DNA from: an uncultured Bacilli bacterium | Lineage (GTDB): Bacteria; Bacillota_I; Bacilli_A; RF39; UBA660 | DNA: 57,931 bases | Direction of reading: 5' to 3' | Assembly: GCA_947594925.1 (NCBI GenBank) | Contig: CANQEJ010000003.1 | Location: 1-57,931, forward strand | Shown here: piece by piece, positions 26,268 through 36,327 of the stretch | How positions within the stretch are numbered: position 1 is the stretch's first letter | How the letters are laid out: every line of letters starts with the position of its first letter | The notes under the pieces: generated by a model | The model's input: the letters and a program-made list of their open reading frames with translations, nothing else | Told to the model about the DNA's origin: nothing | The model's database searches: none | Made by a program: the position numbers and the translations under genes

Positions 26268-27437
26268 ATGGCAAAAGAAAAATTCGACCGTTCAAAAGAA
26301 CATGTTAATATTGGTACTATTGGACACGTAGACCATGGTAAAACAACATTAACAGCTGCTATTACTAAATTATTTAGTAAAGAGTATGTTGCATATGAAA
26401 ATATCGACAAAGCACCAGAAGAAAGAGAAAGAGGTATTACTATTAATACTGCTCACGTTGAGTATGAAACTGAAAAACGTCATTATGCTCACGTAGACTG
26501 CCCAGGCCATGCTGACTATGTTAAAAACATGATTACAGGTGCAGCTCAAATGGATGGAGCTATCCTTGTTGTATCTGCAGCAGATGGACCAATGCCTCAA
26601 ACAAGAGAACATATTTTACTTTCTCGTCAAGTTGGTGTTCCTAAAATCGTTGTTTATATGAACAAATGTGACCAAGTTGATGACCCAGAATTACTAGATT
26701 TAGTAGAAATGGAAATTCGTGAATTATTAGGAGAATATGATTTTGATCCTGACTGCCCTATTATTAGAGGTTCTGCTCTAAAAGCTCTTGAAGGAGATCC
26801 TGAAGCTGAACAATCAATTCGTGATTTAATTGCTGCAGTTGATGATTATATTGATACTCCTCAAAGAGATACTGATAAACCTTTCTTAATGAGTATTGAA
26901 GACGTATTTACTATTTCAGGACGTGGTACTGTTGTTACAGGACGTGTTGAACGTGGTAGATTAAATCTTAATGATGAAGTTGAAATCGTTGGTTTAAGAG
27001 ATACTCAAAAAACTGTTGTTACAGGAATTGAAATGTTTAGAAAATCTTTAGACTATGCTGAAGCAGGAGATAATGCTGGTGCATTACTTCGTGGTATTGC
27101 TCGTGAAGATGTTGAACGTGGACAAGTTCTTGCTAAACCAGGAAGTGTTACACCTCATCATAAATTCAAAGCAAGTGTTTATGTATTATCTAAAGAAGAA
27201 GGCGGACGTCATACTCCATTCTTCTCAAATTACAGACCTCAATTCTATTTCAGAACAACTGACGTAACAGGTGTTATTGAATTACCTGAAGGCGTTGAAA
27301 TGGTTATGCCAGGTGACAATGTTGATATGACAGTTGAATTAATTGCTCCAGTAGCACTTGAAAATGGTACTAAATTCTCAATTCGTGAAGGTGGACGTAC
27401 TGTAGGTGCTGGTGTAGTATCTGAAATTATTGAATAA
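26268..27437 (+). CDS. tuf: Elongation factor Tu
   Basis: [41 protein letters not shown]. Confidence 0.97.
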   Translation: MAKEKFDRSKEHVNIGTIGHVDHGKTTLTAAITKLFSKEYVAYENIDKAPEERERGITINTAHVEYETEKRHYAHVDCPGHADYVKNMITGAAQMDGAILVVSAADGPMPQTREHILLSRQVGVPKIVVYMNKCDQVDDPELLDLVEMEIRELLGEYDFDPDCPIIRGSALKALEGDPEAEQSIRDLIAAVDDYIDTPQRDTDKPFLMSIEDVFTISGRGTVVTGRVERGRLNLNDEVEIVGLRDTQKTVVTGIEMFRKSLDYAEAGDNAGALLRGIAREDVERGQVLAKPGSVTPHHKFKASVYVLSKEEGGRHTPFFSNYRPQFYFRTTDVTGVIELPEGVEMVMPGDNVDMTVELIAPVALENGTKFSIREGGRTVGAGVVSEIIE

Positions 27438-27445
27438 TAAAAATT

Positions 27446-27468
27446 AAGAGCTTTCGAGCTCTTTTTTT
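27446..27468 (+). terminator. Rho-independent terminator after tuf
   Basis: aagagct ttcg agctctt followed by T7. Confidence 0.75.
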
Positions 27469-27498
27469 ATGCCTGCATGTAAACTATGAAATTCCTAC

Positions 27499-27525
27499 TT
27501 TACAACAAACCGGGGGGGGTATAAT
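27499..27525 (+). promoter_or_regulatory. Candidate promoter with a G8 homopolymer in the spacer
   Basis: TTTACA (27499-27504), 15-nt spacer ending in GGGGGGGG (27512-27519), TATAAT (27520-27525). Confidence 0.45.
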
Positions 27526-27560
27526 GGACTTAGATGTAAAGATAGGAAGGAATAAATGTA

Positions 27561-29138
27561 ATGAAGGAAAGAAAACGTAAAATAACGGTAATAACTGTAA
27601 TAGGAATAATGCTTTTTAGTTGTGTAGCTACACTTTCATATGCTTTGTGGGAAAGATTGTTTACTCAGTCAGATGAAAATAAGATAACAACATTGGATTG
27701 TTTTGATATAACATATGAAAATGAAAGTGCAGCAACAACACTAAATGGAGCAGTACCAATAAAAGAAGAAGAGGGATTAAAATTAGAACCATATAAAATA
27801 ACAATAAAAAATACCTGTGATACTAATGCAAAGTATAATGTAATATTAAATAAGAAAAAAGGAAGTAATCTAGATAATAAATTTGTAAGAACTGCTGTAG
27901 ATAAAAAAACAATATTATTGTCAGAAGCTACCCAAATAGAAACAAGAAAAATAAGTAACTATGAAGTAGATTCTTCATACATTATAGGAAGTGGCTTTAT
28001 TACAGGGCAACAAACAAAAACAATAGAGATAAGAAGTTGGATGGATTGGGAAACCCAAGCAAATGAAGGACAAAATAAAACCTTTACCTATAAAATAACA
28101 ATAGAAACAGGAGCAACAAATGAAAATCCTCCATTGGGTGATGCAATTTTAGCTAATAATGATATTAAACCAGATAGTAATTTGGATTTTACAAATAGTT
28201 TTCCAAATTCAAGTACATCATCAGAAGATATAACAAATAAAAGTGGAATATATTTAGCAATGGATGATGACGGAATAAGTTATTACTTTAGAGGAAAAGT
28301 TGATAATAACTATGTATCATTTGCTGGATACACATGGCGTATTGTTCGCATAAATGGAGATGGAACAGTAAGACTAATTTTAAACGAAAATGAAGATGGA
28401 TCAATAAAAAAAAGTTTAAACGATGAAGCTGTAGGATTACCAGAAATGGAATTTAATAACTATGGTTCTGAAAAGAGTAATAGATATAAGTTTGTAGGAT
28501 ATACATATGATAATTACTCATCTTGTACCAGTGCTGAACCATGTAAAAGCGATTATGCTGAAGGAAGTTGGAGGAATTCATCAAATGTAGGAACAAGTTC
28601 TAATATAAAGAGTGAACTAGAAGAGTGGTATAACACAAATTTAAAAGATTTTGATAATAAAATAGCATTGACGACTTTCTGTAATGATACATCATATGGA
28701 AGTGGAGCCGAAGATACAGATTCTTCTTCAATCTATTATTCGATGTATGGGCCATACAAAAGAATATACACTGTCCATAAACCTGACTTGCATTGCCCAA
28801 ATCCCACAAAAAAGGATAGTGATGAAACAAGAGACTATGGAGGAGTATATAAATTAAAAATAGGACTAATAAATGCTGATGAAATAGCAATGGCAGGCTT
28901 AGGCTTGTATGATGAAGAATCAGATAGTAATTATCTTTACCATGACTACTATTGGTGGACCATGTCGCCTAGTTATGCCTATTCTTCTTTTGCTTATGAG
29001 TACGGTGGCGCCTTGGCAGGCATCTTCGACTACCAGCCCGTTGACTTTTCTAGCGCCGTGCTCCCAGTCATCAATCTAAACTCTGATGTAACAGTAACAG
29101 GTTCTGGAACAGTAGAAGACCCATATATAGTACAATAA
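27561..29138 (+). CDS. Large secreted/membrane-anchored protein: N-terminal module A paralogue plus an uncharacterised C-terminal domain
   Basis: MKERKRKITVITVIGIMLFSCVATLSYALW. C-terminal part has YTWRIVRINGDGTVRLILNE, YWWTMSPS, AVLPVINLNSDVTVTGSGTVEDPYIV. Codons are rich in ATA/AGA/GGA, unlike the neighbours. Confidence 0.7.
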   Translation: MKERKRKITVITVIGIMLFSCVATLSYALWERLFTQSDENKITTLDCFDITYENESAATTLNGAVPIKEEEGLKLEPYKITIKNTCDTNAKYNVILNKKKGSNLDNKFVRTAVDKKTILLSEATQIETRKISNYEVDSSYIIGSGFITGQQTKTIEIRSWMDWETQANEGQNKTFTYKITIETGATNENPPLGDAILANNDIKPDSNLDFTNSFPNSSTSSEDITNKSGIYLAMDDDGISYYFRGKVDNNYVSFAGYTWRIVRINGDGTVRLILNENEDGSIKKSLNDEAVGLPEMEFNNYGSEKSNRYKFVGYTYDNYSSCTSAEPCKSDYAEGSWRNSSNVGTSSNIKSELEEWYNTNLKDFDNKIALTTFCNDTSYGSGAEDTDSSSIYYSMYGPYKRIYTVHKPDLHCPNPTKKDSDETRDYGGVYKLKIGLINADEIAMAGLGLYDEESDSNYLYHDYYWWTMSPSYAYSSFAYEYGGALAGIFDYQPVDFSSAVLPVINLNSDVTVTGSGTVEDPYIVQ

Positions 29139-29236
29139 TAAGTTATAAACGTGTAAACGTTTATATAAATAATAAAAGATAAAGAGTAAACTATAGCCTT
29201 CGTTATAAGTATTCCTTAACTCTTTATCTTTTTAAT

Positions 29237-29626
29237 TTAAAAGTTTTTTTCAGAATAACTGTGTGAATAATTGATACGTTCATCAAATTCAACATAATTT
29301 AAGTAAATCATTAATAATAAATACCAATTGCCTGTGGTTGGGTCACTTAATATTAAGTGGTCGCGGCCGGCTTCTTCAACTATACCGGTAAATATTTTAT
29401 CTTTCCACTCATTAGAATCTGGAAAAGAGAAATAAGCTTTTACTCTTTTGCCTTTGTTTAGCCTTAAAATGTTTTCGATATAACTTTGTTCCATGGGCAG
29501 GCTAGTATTTTGACTTATTGATTCTATGTTGGCTTGATAATTATTAGGAATTGGATTTTGATTTGTAGTTATGTTAGGATTTGTAGCCGTTGGAAATGTC
29601 GGATTTTGATAGAAATTTCCGTTCAT
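29237..29626 (-). CDS. gerQ: Spore coat protein GerQ-like
   Basis: N/Q/P-rich N-terminus, then SYIENILRLNKGKRVKAYFSF...EWKDKIFTGIVEEAGRDHLILSDPTTGNWYLLLMIYLNYVEFDE. Confidence 0.75.
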   Translation of the reverse strand: MNGNFYQNPTFPTATNPNITTNQNPIPNNYQANIESISQNTSLPMEQSYIENILRLNKGKRVKAYFSFPDSNEWKDKIFTGIVEEAGRDHLILSDPTTGNWYLLLMIYLNYVEFDERINYSHSYSEKNF

Positions 29627-29698
29627 TTTTAAATATCACCTCTTGATAATTTATATGCAAATAAAAAATAATATAGTATAATTATTTATGGTGATAGT

Positions 29699-30598
29699 AT
29701 GTTTTTTAACGCAAATAAGATTATTGAAATTGTTAAAGAAAAAAATCGAATACCTAGAATATTAGTTCTTATTTTTGGTACATTTTTGTTAGGACTTGCT
29801 TATAATATGTATTTAAAAACTAATAATTTAGTTACAGGTGGTGTTACTGGTCTTTCGATTATTTTGCAAAGATTACTTAATATTGATGCTAATTTCTTTA
29901 TTTATATTTTAACTTTTGGCATATTAATAGTTAGTTTTTTCACTTTAGGAACGAAGGAAACTTTGAAGAGTTCTTTGGGTGCTATTTTATATCCCTTTAT
30001 GGTTAGTATAACTTCGCCTTTATGTGATTTTCTACATGATAAGTTTATTTTGGATAGTATGTTTGTGGAAGTATTAGTAGCGAGCTTGATTTTAGGATTT
30101 GCAAGTGGCATTATTTATAAAGTAGGATATTCAACTGGTGGTAATGATACGATTGTGCAGATTATTAACAAGTATGCCAAAATTCCAATGGGAAAAGCTA
30201 TTTTTATTACTAATTTAATTATTATTTTATTAGGTGGGGCGATATTTGGAATTAATAATGTAGTTTATGCTATTATTATTGTTTATATTGAAAGTACAGT
30301 TGTTGATAAAATTCTTTTAGGTATTTCTGAAAGTAAACAGTTTTTTATTCATACCAAAGAGTTGAGTAAGGTTAGAGAGTTAATTATTGATAAGTTAAAT
30401 ACCGGGGTTACAGTTATTGAAACAACGGGAGGATTTACGCATAAGAAGAATAAGATGTTAATGTGTGTTGTTGCGACGAAAGATTATTATTTATTTAAAG
30501 AGGCAGTATTGGAAATTGACCCGGAAGCTTTCTTTGTTATTAATGATTGTTATGAAGTTTCAGGAGGAGTTAAGAGAGACCCTTTAATCTTTATCTAG
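29699..30598 (+). CDS. YitT-family membrane protein (DUF2179 C-terminal domain)
   Basis: Multi-TM N-terminus with GGVTG / STGGND, and a soluble C-terminus TVIETTGGFT...AFFVINDCYEV. Confidence 0.75.
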   Translation: MFFNANKIIEIVKEKNRIPRILVLIFGTFLLGLAYNMYLKTNNLVTGGVTGLSIILQRLLNIDANFFIYILTFGILIVSFFTLGTKETLKSSLGAILYPFMVSITSPLCDFLHDKFILDSMFVEVLVASLILGFASGIIYKVGYSTGGNDTIVQIINKYAKIPMGKAIFITNLIIILLGGAIFGINNVVYAIIIVYIESTVVDKILLGISESKQFFIHTKELSKVRELIIDKLNTGVTVIETTGGFTHKKNKMLMCVVATKDYYLFKEAVLEIDPEAFFVINDCYEVSGGVKRDPLIFI

Positions 30599-30607
30599 GA
30601 ATTCTAT

Positions 30608-30637
30608 AATTTACCATTTAATAAATGGTAAATTTTT
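30608..30637 (+). terminator. Rho-independent terminator after the yitT-like gene
   Basis: aatttaccattta / taaatggtaaatt palindrome followed by T-run. Confidence 0.6.
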
Positions 30638-30669
30638 GTTATAATGAGGATAATAAGTAGGTGGTAAAA

Positions 30670-31371
30670 GTGAAGTTCATAAAAATACAGGACTGCTATA
30701 AAGTATATAAAAATGGTGTTACTGCTACTGCAGGTTTAAATTTAGAGATTAGTAAAGGGGAATTTGTTTTTATAATTGGTGCAACTGGTTGTGGAAAATC
30801 TACTTTAATAAAGATGTTATATCGTGAAGAAAAACCCACTAAAGGTAAAGTAATTGTGGGAGGAATAGATGTTGCTAAATTACGTAATGGTAAAGTTTAT
30901 AAGTTAAGAAGAAAGTTAGGGATAGTTTTCCAAGACTTTAAACTATTACCTAAATTAACAGTTTATGAAAATGTGGCCTTTCCTTTAAATAGTATGGGAC
31001 TTAAAAAAAGTGAAGTTAAACCAAGAGTTATTAAAGCTTTAGAACTTGTTGGTTTGAAGGAAAAGATTAGAAGTTATCCCAAAGAGTTATCAGCTGGTAT
31101 GCAACAACGTGTATGTATAGCAAGAGCAATGGTTAATAGTCCTAAGCTATTAATATGTGATGAACCAACCGGAAATTTAGACCCTGAGACTTCTAAGGAA
31201 ATAATGAACGTATTAGATGGAATTAATAAAGAACTTGGTACCACTATTGTCATGGTTACTCATGATAAAGATATCGTAAATAGGATGAAGAAAAGAGTTA
31301 TTATGTTGGAAAATGGGGTCTTGATTAGTGACGAATTGAAAGGAAAGTATAAAGCACATGAAGGCGTTTAG
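30670..31371 (+). CDS. ftsE: Cell-division ABC ATPase FtsE
   Basis: GATGCGKSTLIKM, LSAGMQQRVCIARA, LLICDEPTGNLD. GTG 30670 follows the taggtgg SD (the track start is 30661). Confidence 0.9.
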   Translation: MKFIKIQDCYKVYKNGVTATAGLNLEISKGEFVFIIGATGCGKSTLIKMLYREEKPTKGKVIVGGIDVAKLRNGKVYKLRRKLGIVFQDFKLLPKLTVYENVAFPLNSMGLKKSEVKPRVIKALELVGLKEKIRSYPKELSAGMQQRVCIARAMVNSPKLLICDEPTGNLDPETSKEIMNVLDGINKELGTTIVMVTHDKDIVNRMKKRVIMLENGVLISDELKGKYKAHEGV

Positions 31372-32263
31372 GATGTTGCTTCGTAGTATAAAAGATGGTG
31401 TACGAAGTGTTTTTAGAAATTTTAGTTTAAGTACAGCTTCTATATTATGTTCTACTATAACATTAATATTAGTAGCTGTAGCAATGGTGTTATCTGCTAA
31501 TGTAGATAATTTTACAAAGAAAATTGAAGATGATATGACTATTGTTGTTTTTCTAGATTCTAAGGCAACTAAAGAAGAAGTGGAAAATATTAAAACTCAG
31601 ATTGAAAATCTTGATAATATAGATGAAGATGAAATAGTTTATAAAACTAAAGCAGAAGTTAAGATGGAAATGCAAAGTGAATCTGCTATATTTAATACCG
31701 TTATGGGAGATTGGAACGATGATACTAACCCTTTAAAAGATACTTTTCAATTAAAGGTTAAGGATATTGAACAAATTAATAAGACAGCCAAAGAAATTGA
31801 AAAGATGGATAAGGTTTCTACTGTACAATATGGTGAAGGCATAGTGGAAAAGATGGTTGGAGCCTTTAAGTGGATTGAAAGAATTGCTTATGGAACTGTT
31901 TTAGCTTTAATTTTAGTAACAATTTTCTTAATTATTAATACGATTAAGTTAACAATATTCTCAAGACAAAAAGAAATTGAAATTATGCGTCTTGTGGGTG
32001 CTAGTAATTTTGTGATTAAAACACCATTTATTGTTGAAGGTATGTTCTTAGGTTTAATTGGGTCGGTAATTCCTGTCTTAGTTGTTTTATTTGGATATAC
32101 AACTTTATATGATGTAACAAAAGGATATTTATTCTCCCCCATAATTCAATTAATTAAGCCAACGCCATTTATTTATTACACATCTGGTATTATTATTTTG
32201 ATTGCGATGATTGTTGGTATGATTGGTAGTGCTCGTGCTTCTAGAAAGTATTTAAAGGTGTAA
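31358..32263 (+). CDS. ftsX: Cell-division permease-like protein FtsX
   Basis: One TM, an extracellular domain, then three C-terminal TM segments; EIEIMRLVGASNFVI; overlaps ftsE. Confidence 0.9.
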   Translation: MKAFRMLLRSIKDGVRSVFRNFSLSTASILCSTITLILVAVAMVLSANVDNFTKKIEDDMTIVVFLDSKATKEEVENIKTQIENLDNIDEDEIVYKTKAEVKMEMQSESAIFNTVMGDWNDDTNPLKDTFQLKVKDIEQINKTAKEIEKMDKVSTVQYGEGIVEKMVGAFKWIERIAYGTVLALILVTIFLIINTIKLTIFSRQKEIEIMRLVGASNFVIKTPFIVEGMFLGLIGSVIPVLVVLFGYTTLYDVTKGYLFSPIIQLIKPTPFIYYTSGIIILIAMIVGMIGSARASRKYLKV

Positions 32264-32264
32264 G

Positions 32265-33425
32265 ATGAAAAAGATTTTAACTAGTGTGATAATTTTTACC
32301 TTAGTTGTTTCTTTTTTACTTTCTCCTAAAGTACATGCTACTACTTTAAAAGAATATGAAGATGCTGTTAATAAGTATACAAAGGAACTTCAAGAAAAAG
32401 AAGCTAAGATAGCCAAAAATGATGCCGAAGTTGCGCAGATTAAGGCAAGAATTTCTCAGATTGAAAATGAAATAGCGGCGGCTTTAAAGGAAATTGAGCA
32501 ATTAGAAATAGAGATTGATAATAGTAATAAAGAGATAGCTAAAAAAGAAGACGAAAGTAAGAAGATAATGGAATATTATCAATTATCCGAAGGCGAAAAT
32601 GCTTATTTAGAGTATGCTTTTGGCGCTCAGACGATTACTGATATGATTTATCGTGTTTCAATTGTAGAACAATTAACTGAATATAATAATCAAGTTATGC
32701 ATGAATTAGAAGAACTTATAAAAACCAATCAACAAAAGACCGAAGAACTTGCTAATAAAAATAAGGAATTAGATAAGTTAAAAGATGAACTTCAAGACCA
32801 AAAAGAAAGAATTCAAGCAGATACAGATTCGATTTTAGAAACAGTACCAACGGTTAAAGAACAAATTAGAGTTTATCAAGAACAAGTAAATTATTGGAAG
32901 AATAAAGGTTGTAAATCAAATGATATTTTAGGGGTAACTTGTGCTGTACCTCCTAAGGTTTCATCTAGTGGCTTTGCCGCTTCGGATATAATCGGTGCTA
33001 ATGGCTTTAGATTACCAATGGACCATGGTTATTTGACCCAAAATTTCTCTGGTAAAGGAGGACACATGGGTATTGATATCGGTAGTACGAATAAATCAGA
33101 ACCAATATTCCCAATTGCTAATGGCTTAGTAATTTATGTTGGAAAAGATAGTGCCGGAGCTAATGTAGTTAAAATTGTTCACAATGTTAATGGTAATTTG
33201 TTATTCTCAACATATGCCCATATGCGCGCAGTTTACTTTAAGAAAAATCAAACGGTAACTATTAATGATACTTTAGGTTTAATGGGTATGACTGGTAATG
33301 CGACGGGACCACATTTACATTTAGAGATGACGACTTGTGATTGGACTTACAATTGTACTTATGCCCAATATAAAAATCAGTTAGTTAGTCCATGGAATTA
33401 TATTCCAAATATAACAAGATGGTAA
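32265..33425 (+). CDS. Coiled-coil M23 peptidase (PcsB/EnvC-like partner of FtsEX)
   Basis: Signal peptide, long coiled coil, M23 motifs GGHMGIDIG and GPHLHLE. Confidence 0.85.
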   Translation: MKKILTSVIIFTLVVSFLLSPKVHATTLKEYEDAVNKYTKELQEKEAKIAKNDAEVAQIKARISQIENEIAAALKEIEQLEIEIDNSNKEIAKKEDESKKIMEYYQLSEGENAYLEYAFGAQTITDMIYRVSIVEQLTEYNNQVMHELEELIKTNQQKTEELANKNKELDKLKDELQDQKERIQADTDSILETVPTVKEQIRVYQEQVNYWKNKGCKSNDILGVTCAVPPKVSSSGFAASDIIGANGFRLPMDHGYLTQNFSGKGGHMGIDIGSTNKSEPIFPIANGLVIYVGKDSAGANVVKIVHNVNGNLLFSTYAHMRAVYFKKNQTVTINDTLGLMGMTGNATGPHLHLEMTTCDWTYNCTYAQYKNQLVSPWNYIPNITRW

Positions 33426-33429
33426 AATA

Positions 33430-33456
33430 AAAAAGGAAATTTTAGATTTCCTTTTT
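33430..33456. terminator. Bidirectional terminator hairpin between convergent genes
   Basis: aaaaaggaaat / atttccttttt with A/T runs on both sides. Confidence 0.7.
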
Positions 33457-35022
33457 GTATGTCTTAATTAATTGTTCTGCAACTTTTATGCCATCGATGG
33501 CTGATGTTGTAATACCGCCTGCATAGCCAGCTCCTTCCCCACAAGGATATATTCCTTTAATGTTAGCTTCAAAGTTTTCATCACGGACTATGCGAACGGG
33601 TGAAGAACTACGACTTTCTACGGCAGCAAGAATAGCATCACTTGCAAATCCTTTTATTTTAGTACCAAAATAAGGGATTGCTTCTAAAAGAGAGTTGGTA
33701 ATATAAGCAGGGAAAATATTTTGGAGATTAGCTTCTTTATAAGCACCCATAATTTCTTTTTGGAAAGGAAGAAGAGTAACGGTATTATTTTGAAAGTCTT
33801 GCCAAGAGCTTATAGGGATTTTACCATCACCAATTTTATAAGCATTTTCTTCTAAAGTTTGTTGAAATTTTAGACCATCTAAAGGGTGGGAACCAAAATC
33901 TTGAGGAGATACGGTAACAATTAGAGCACTATTAGCTTTTTGACTATCACGTTTGTAGTTACTCATCCCATTAATGGCAAGTCTTTGGGGTTCACTAGAG
34001 GCATTAACAATATAACCGCCAGGACACATACAAAAAGAGTAAACCCCGCGCTTATCTTTAGTAGTGTAGGTTAATTTATAAGGGGCAGGAGGCAAGATTT
34101 TAGCAAATTTTCCATATTGGCTTTCATTAATAAGGTCTTGATTATGCATAATTCGAACGCCAACTGCAAAAGGTTTAGCTTCCATATGTAAATTATTTTG
34201 GTATAACATTTTAAAAGTATCACGAGCAGAGTGACCAATAGCTAAAATAAGATTAGAACAGTTAATTTTTTCTTGATTATTAATTTCAATTTGTTTTAAA
34301 TGATTATCTTCAATAAGGAGATTAGTAAGTTTAGTATTATAAAGAAACTTGCCACCCATACTGATAATTTTTTTGCGCATTGTAACAATAACTTTGCGAA
34401 GAATATCTGTACCAATATGAGGTTTTTGTTCATACATTATTTCTTCAGGTGCTCCACAACTAACAAAGATTTCAAAGACTTTTTTGCCAATAAATCTTTT
34501 ATCTTTAACTAAGGTATTTAATTTACCATCCGAGAAAGTTCCGGCCCCACCTTCGCCAAATTGGACGTTACTTTCGGTATTTAAGATATTTTCTTGCCAA
34601 AATTTATGAACATCTAAAACTCGTTCTTCTATTTTTTTACCGCGTTCAATAATTAGAGGTTTATAGCCATTTTCGGCAAGGAGGTAGGCACAAAATAGAC
34701 CAGCCGGACCACTACCGACAATAATTATTTTATCTTCTAAAGGTTTTTGGCCGCAAATAGGGGGAAGATATTCTTCTTTAGGAGTTTTGTTTATAGTGGG
34801 TAAGTTGATAGTTTTTAAAATATTATCTTCATTATCCACAGTTATATCAAAGTTATAAACAAAAAATATTTGCTTTTTATTACGAGCATCGATAGATTTT
34901 TTGATAATCTTAACTTCTTTAATAGCATTTTTGGAAACATTTAAAAGTTTACTTATTTTTTTTAAACGATAATTTTCTGAATCTAGAGTAATTAAGATTT
35001 TTAATTGAGTTATTCTAATCAT
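33442..35022 (-). CDS. FAD-dependent oxidoreductase (COG2509-like)
   Basis: IIIVGSGPAGLFCAYLLAENGYKPLIIERG; C-terminus GIYPCGEGAGYAGGI. ATG 35022 overlaps the upstream stop (ATGATTAG). Confidence 0.8.
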   Translation of the reverse strand: MIRITQLKILITLDSENYRLKKISKLLNVSKNAIKEVKIIKKSIDARNKKQIFFVYNFDITVDNEDNILKTINLPTINKTPKEEYLPPICGQKPLEDKIIIVGSGPAGLFCAYLLAENGYKPLIIERGKKIEERVLDVHKFWQENILNTESNVQFGEGGAGTFSDGKLNTLVKDKRFIGKKVFEIFVSCGAPEEIMYEQKPHIGTDILRKVIVTMRKKIISMGGKFLYNTKLTNLLIEDNHLKQIEINNQEKINCSNLILAIGHSARDTFKMLYQNNLHMEAKPFAVGVRIMHNQDLINESQYGKFAKILPPAPYKLTYTTKDKRGVYSFCMCPGGYIVNASSEPQRLAINGMSNYKRDSQKANSALIVTVSPQDFGSHPLDGLKFQQTLEENAYKIGDGKIPISSWQDFQNNTVTLLPFQKEIMGAYKEANLQNIFPAYITNSLLEAIPYFGTKIKGFASDAILAAVESRSSSPVRIVRDENFEANIKGIYPCGEGAGYAGGITTSAIDGIKVAEQLIKTYKKEI

Positions 35023-36211
35023 TTTCTTTAGTGTCCTTTCCAATGGTAAGACCACTCATCCAAGCAAATCCTAAGTTGTAGCCACCGCAGTCACCATCGA
35101 CATCAATAATTTCTCCAGCAAAATATAAGTCTTTTATTTTTTTACTTTCTAGATTAGATGTTAGTTCATTTAAAGCAATACCACCACTACAAACTTGTGC
35201 TGTATCATAACTTCCTGTAGATGTAATTTTAACTTGAAAATTAGTAAGTAGTTTGGTAAATTCTTGTTTATTTACTTTAGACCAGGTAATATCATTAGGT
35301 AATTTAGCAAGTTTAAAAAATAAATTAATAAGCTTATAATTTAAAAAGCCTTCTAATATTTCTTTTAAAGTATAATTATTTAATAATTGTTCTTGTTTAT
35401 CCATAAATTCTAGAAAGTTTGAACACCAAGGAACAAAATTAATACTAACTATTTCTGTATAATTTTTTTCTAAACCTTTAGCTATTTGTCTACTTAAGTT
35501 AAAGATACAAATACCACTAAGACCTTCTTTAGTAAGTTGAATTTCTCCTTTTTCTTGTCTTTTAATTTCCCCATTTTCTAAGTGGGTAACTATAACAGAA
35601 GAACGAATTCCGTCCCAATCTTTATAAAAATTATCTTGGCCTTTTAAATAAGTTAAAGCTGGCTTAATAGGAATTATTTTATGGCCTAAATTTTGGGCTA
35701 AGGTGTAGCCATTACCATCACTTCCAGTTTTAGGATAGCTTTTTCCTCCAGTAGCAATTATGACTTTGGCTGCTTTATAAACTTTATTTTGGGTAGTGAT
35801 ATAAAATTGGTCTTTCTTTTCTATTTTAGTTACAAATTCTTCATAATATATAGGAATATTTAAGTTTTTAACTTCCGTTAAAAGTGCATTTAAAACACTC
35901 GTTGCTTGATTGGAATAAGGGTAATAATAACCATCTTTAATTTTGGGAATTATGCCAATGCTTTGAAAAAAGTCTAGAACTTTATCTTTTTGCTTTTCAT
36001 AAATATTAGTAAATTCTTTTAGATTATTACTATGATAATGGTTAATATTTTGGTCTTCGTTCCAGTAATTACAACGCCCATTACCCGTAAGAAGAAGTTT
36101 TTTACCACTTTTATTATTACGTTCTAAAATAAATACTTGATATTTTTGACGGGCGAGATTAATGGCACTAGTAAGTCCTGCCGGACCGGCTCCAATAACA
36201 CAAACGTTCAT
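35015..36211 (-). CDS. HI0933/BaiN-family flavoprotein
   Basis: VCVIGAGPAGL, TGNGRCNYWN, GGYNLGFAW. Confidence 0.8.
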   Translation of the reverse strand: MNVCVIGAGPAGLTSAINLARQKYQVFILERNNKSGKKLLLTGNGRCNYWNEDQNINHYHSNNLKEFTNIYEKQKDKVLDFFQSIGIIPKIKDGYYYPYSNQATSVLNALLTEVKNLNIPIYYEEFVTKIEKKDQFYITTQNKVYKAAKVIIATGGKSYPKTGSDGNGYTLAQNLGHKIIPIKPALTYLKGQDNFYKDWDGIRSSVIVTHLENGEIKRQEKGEIQLTKEGLSGICIFNLSRQIAKGLEKNYTEIVSINFVPWCSNFLEFMDKQEQLLNNYTLKEILEGFLNYKLINLFFKLAKLPNDITWSKVNKQEFTKLLTNFQVKITSTGSYDTAQVCSGGIALNELTSNLESKKIKDLYFAGEIIDVDGDCGGYNLGFAWMSGLTIGKDTKEND

Positions 36212-36327
36212 AAAATCACCAAATATATTATAGGGTATTAATTTGCCTTTTTCAAGGCAACGAAAAATACTAGCTTTTTTTTAAATTCATGGTATAATTG
36301 ATTTGACTTACTTAAGGAGGTGCATTT

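Noticed and set aside
5931-27267. Many short antisense or alternate-frame ORFs inside well-supported genes. Examples: 5931..6134, 7651..7926, 9251..9478, 10845..11231, 12735..12920, 18480..18743, 18984..19190, 19444..19761, 20439..20654, 21188..21466, 21481..21834, 21895..22101, 24218..24406, 24706..24921, 25502..25715, 26216..26612, 27055..27267. Later ones include 28600..28890, 29902..30111, 31888..32142, 34300..34512, 43887..44087, 47680..47874, 49367..49614, 51097..51324, 54547..54905.
   Set aside because: Each lies within or opposite a gene with strong family motifs and lacks an SD. Long open frames are expected by chance in AT-rich DNA on the antisense of biased coding sequence.
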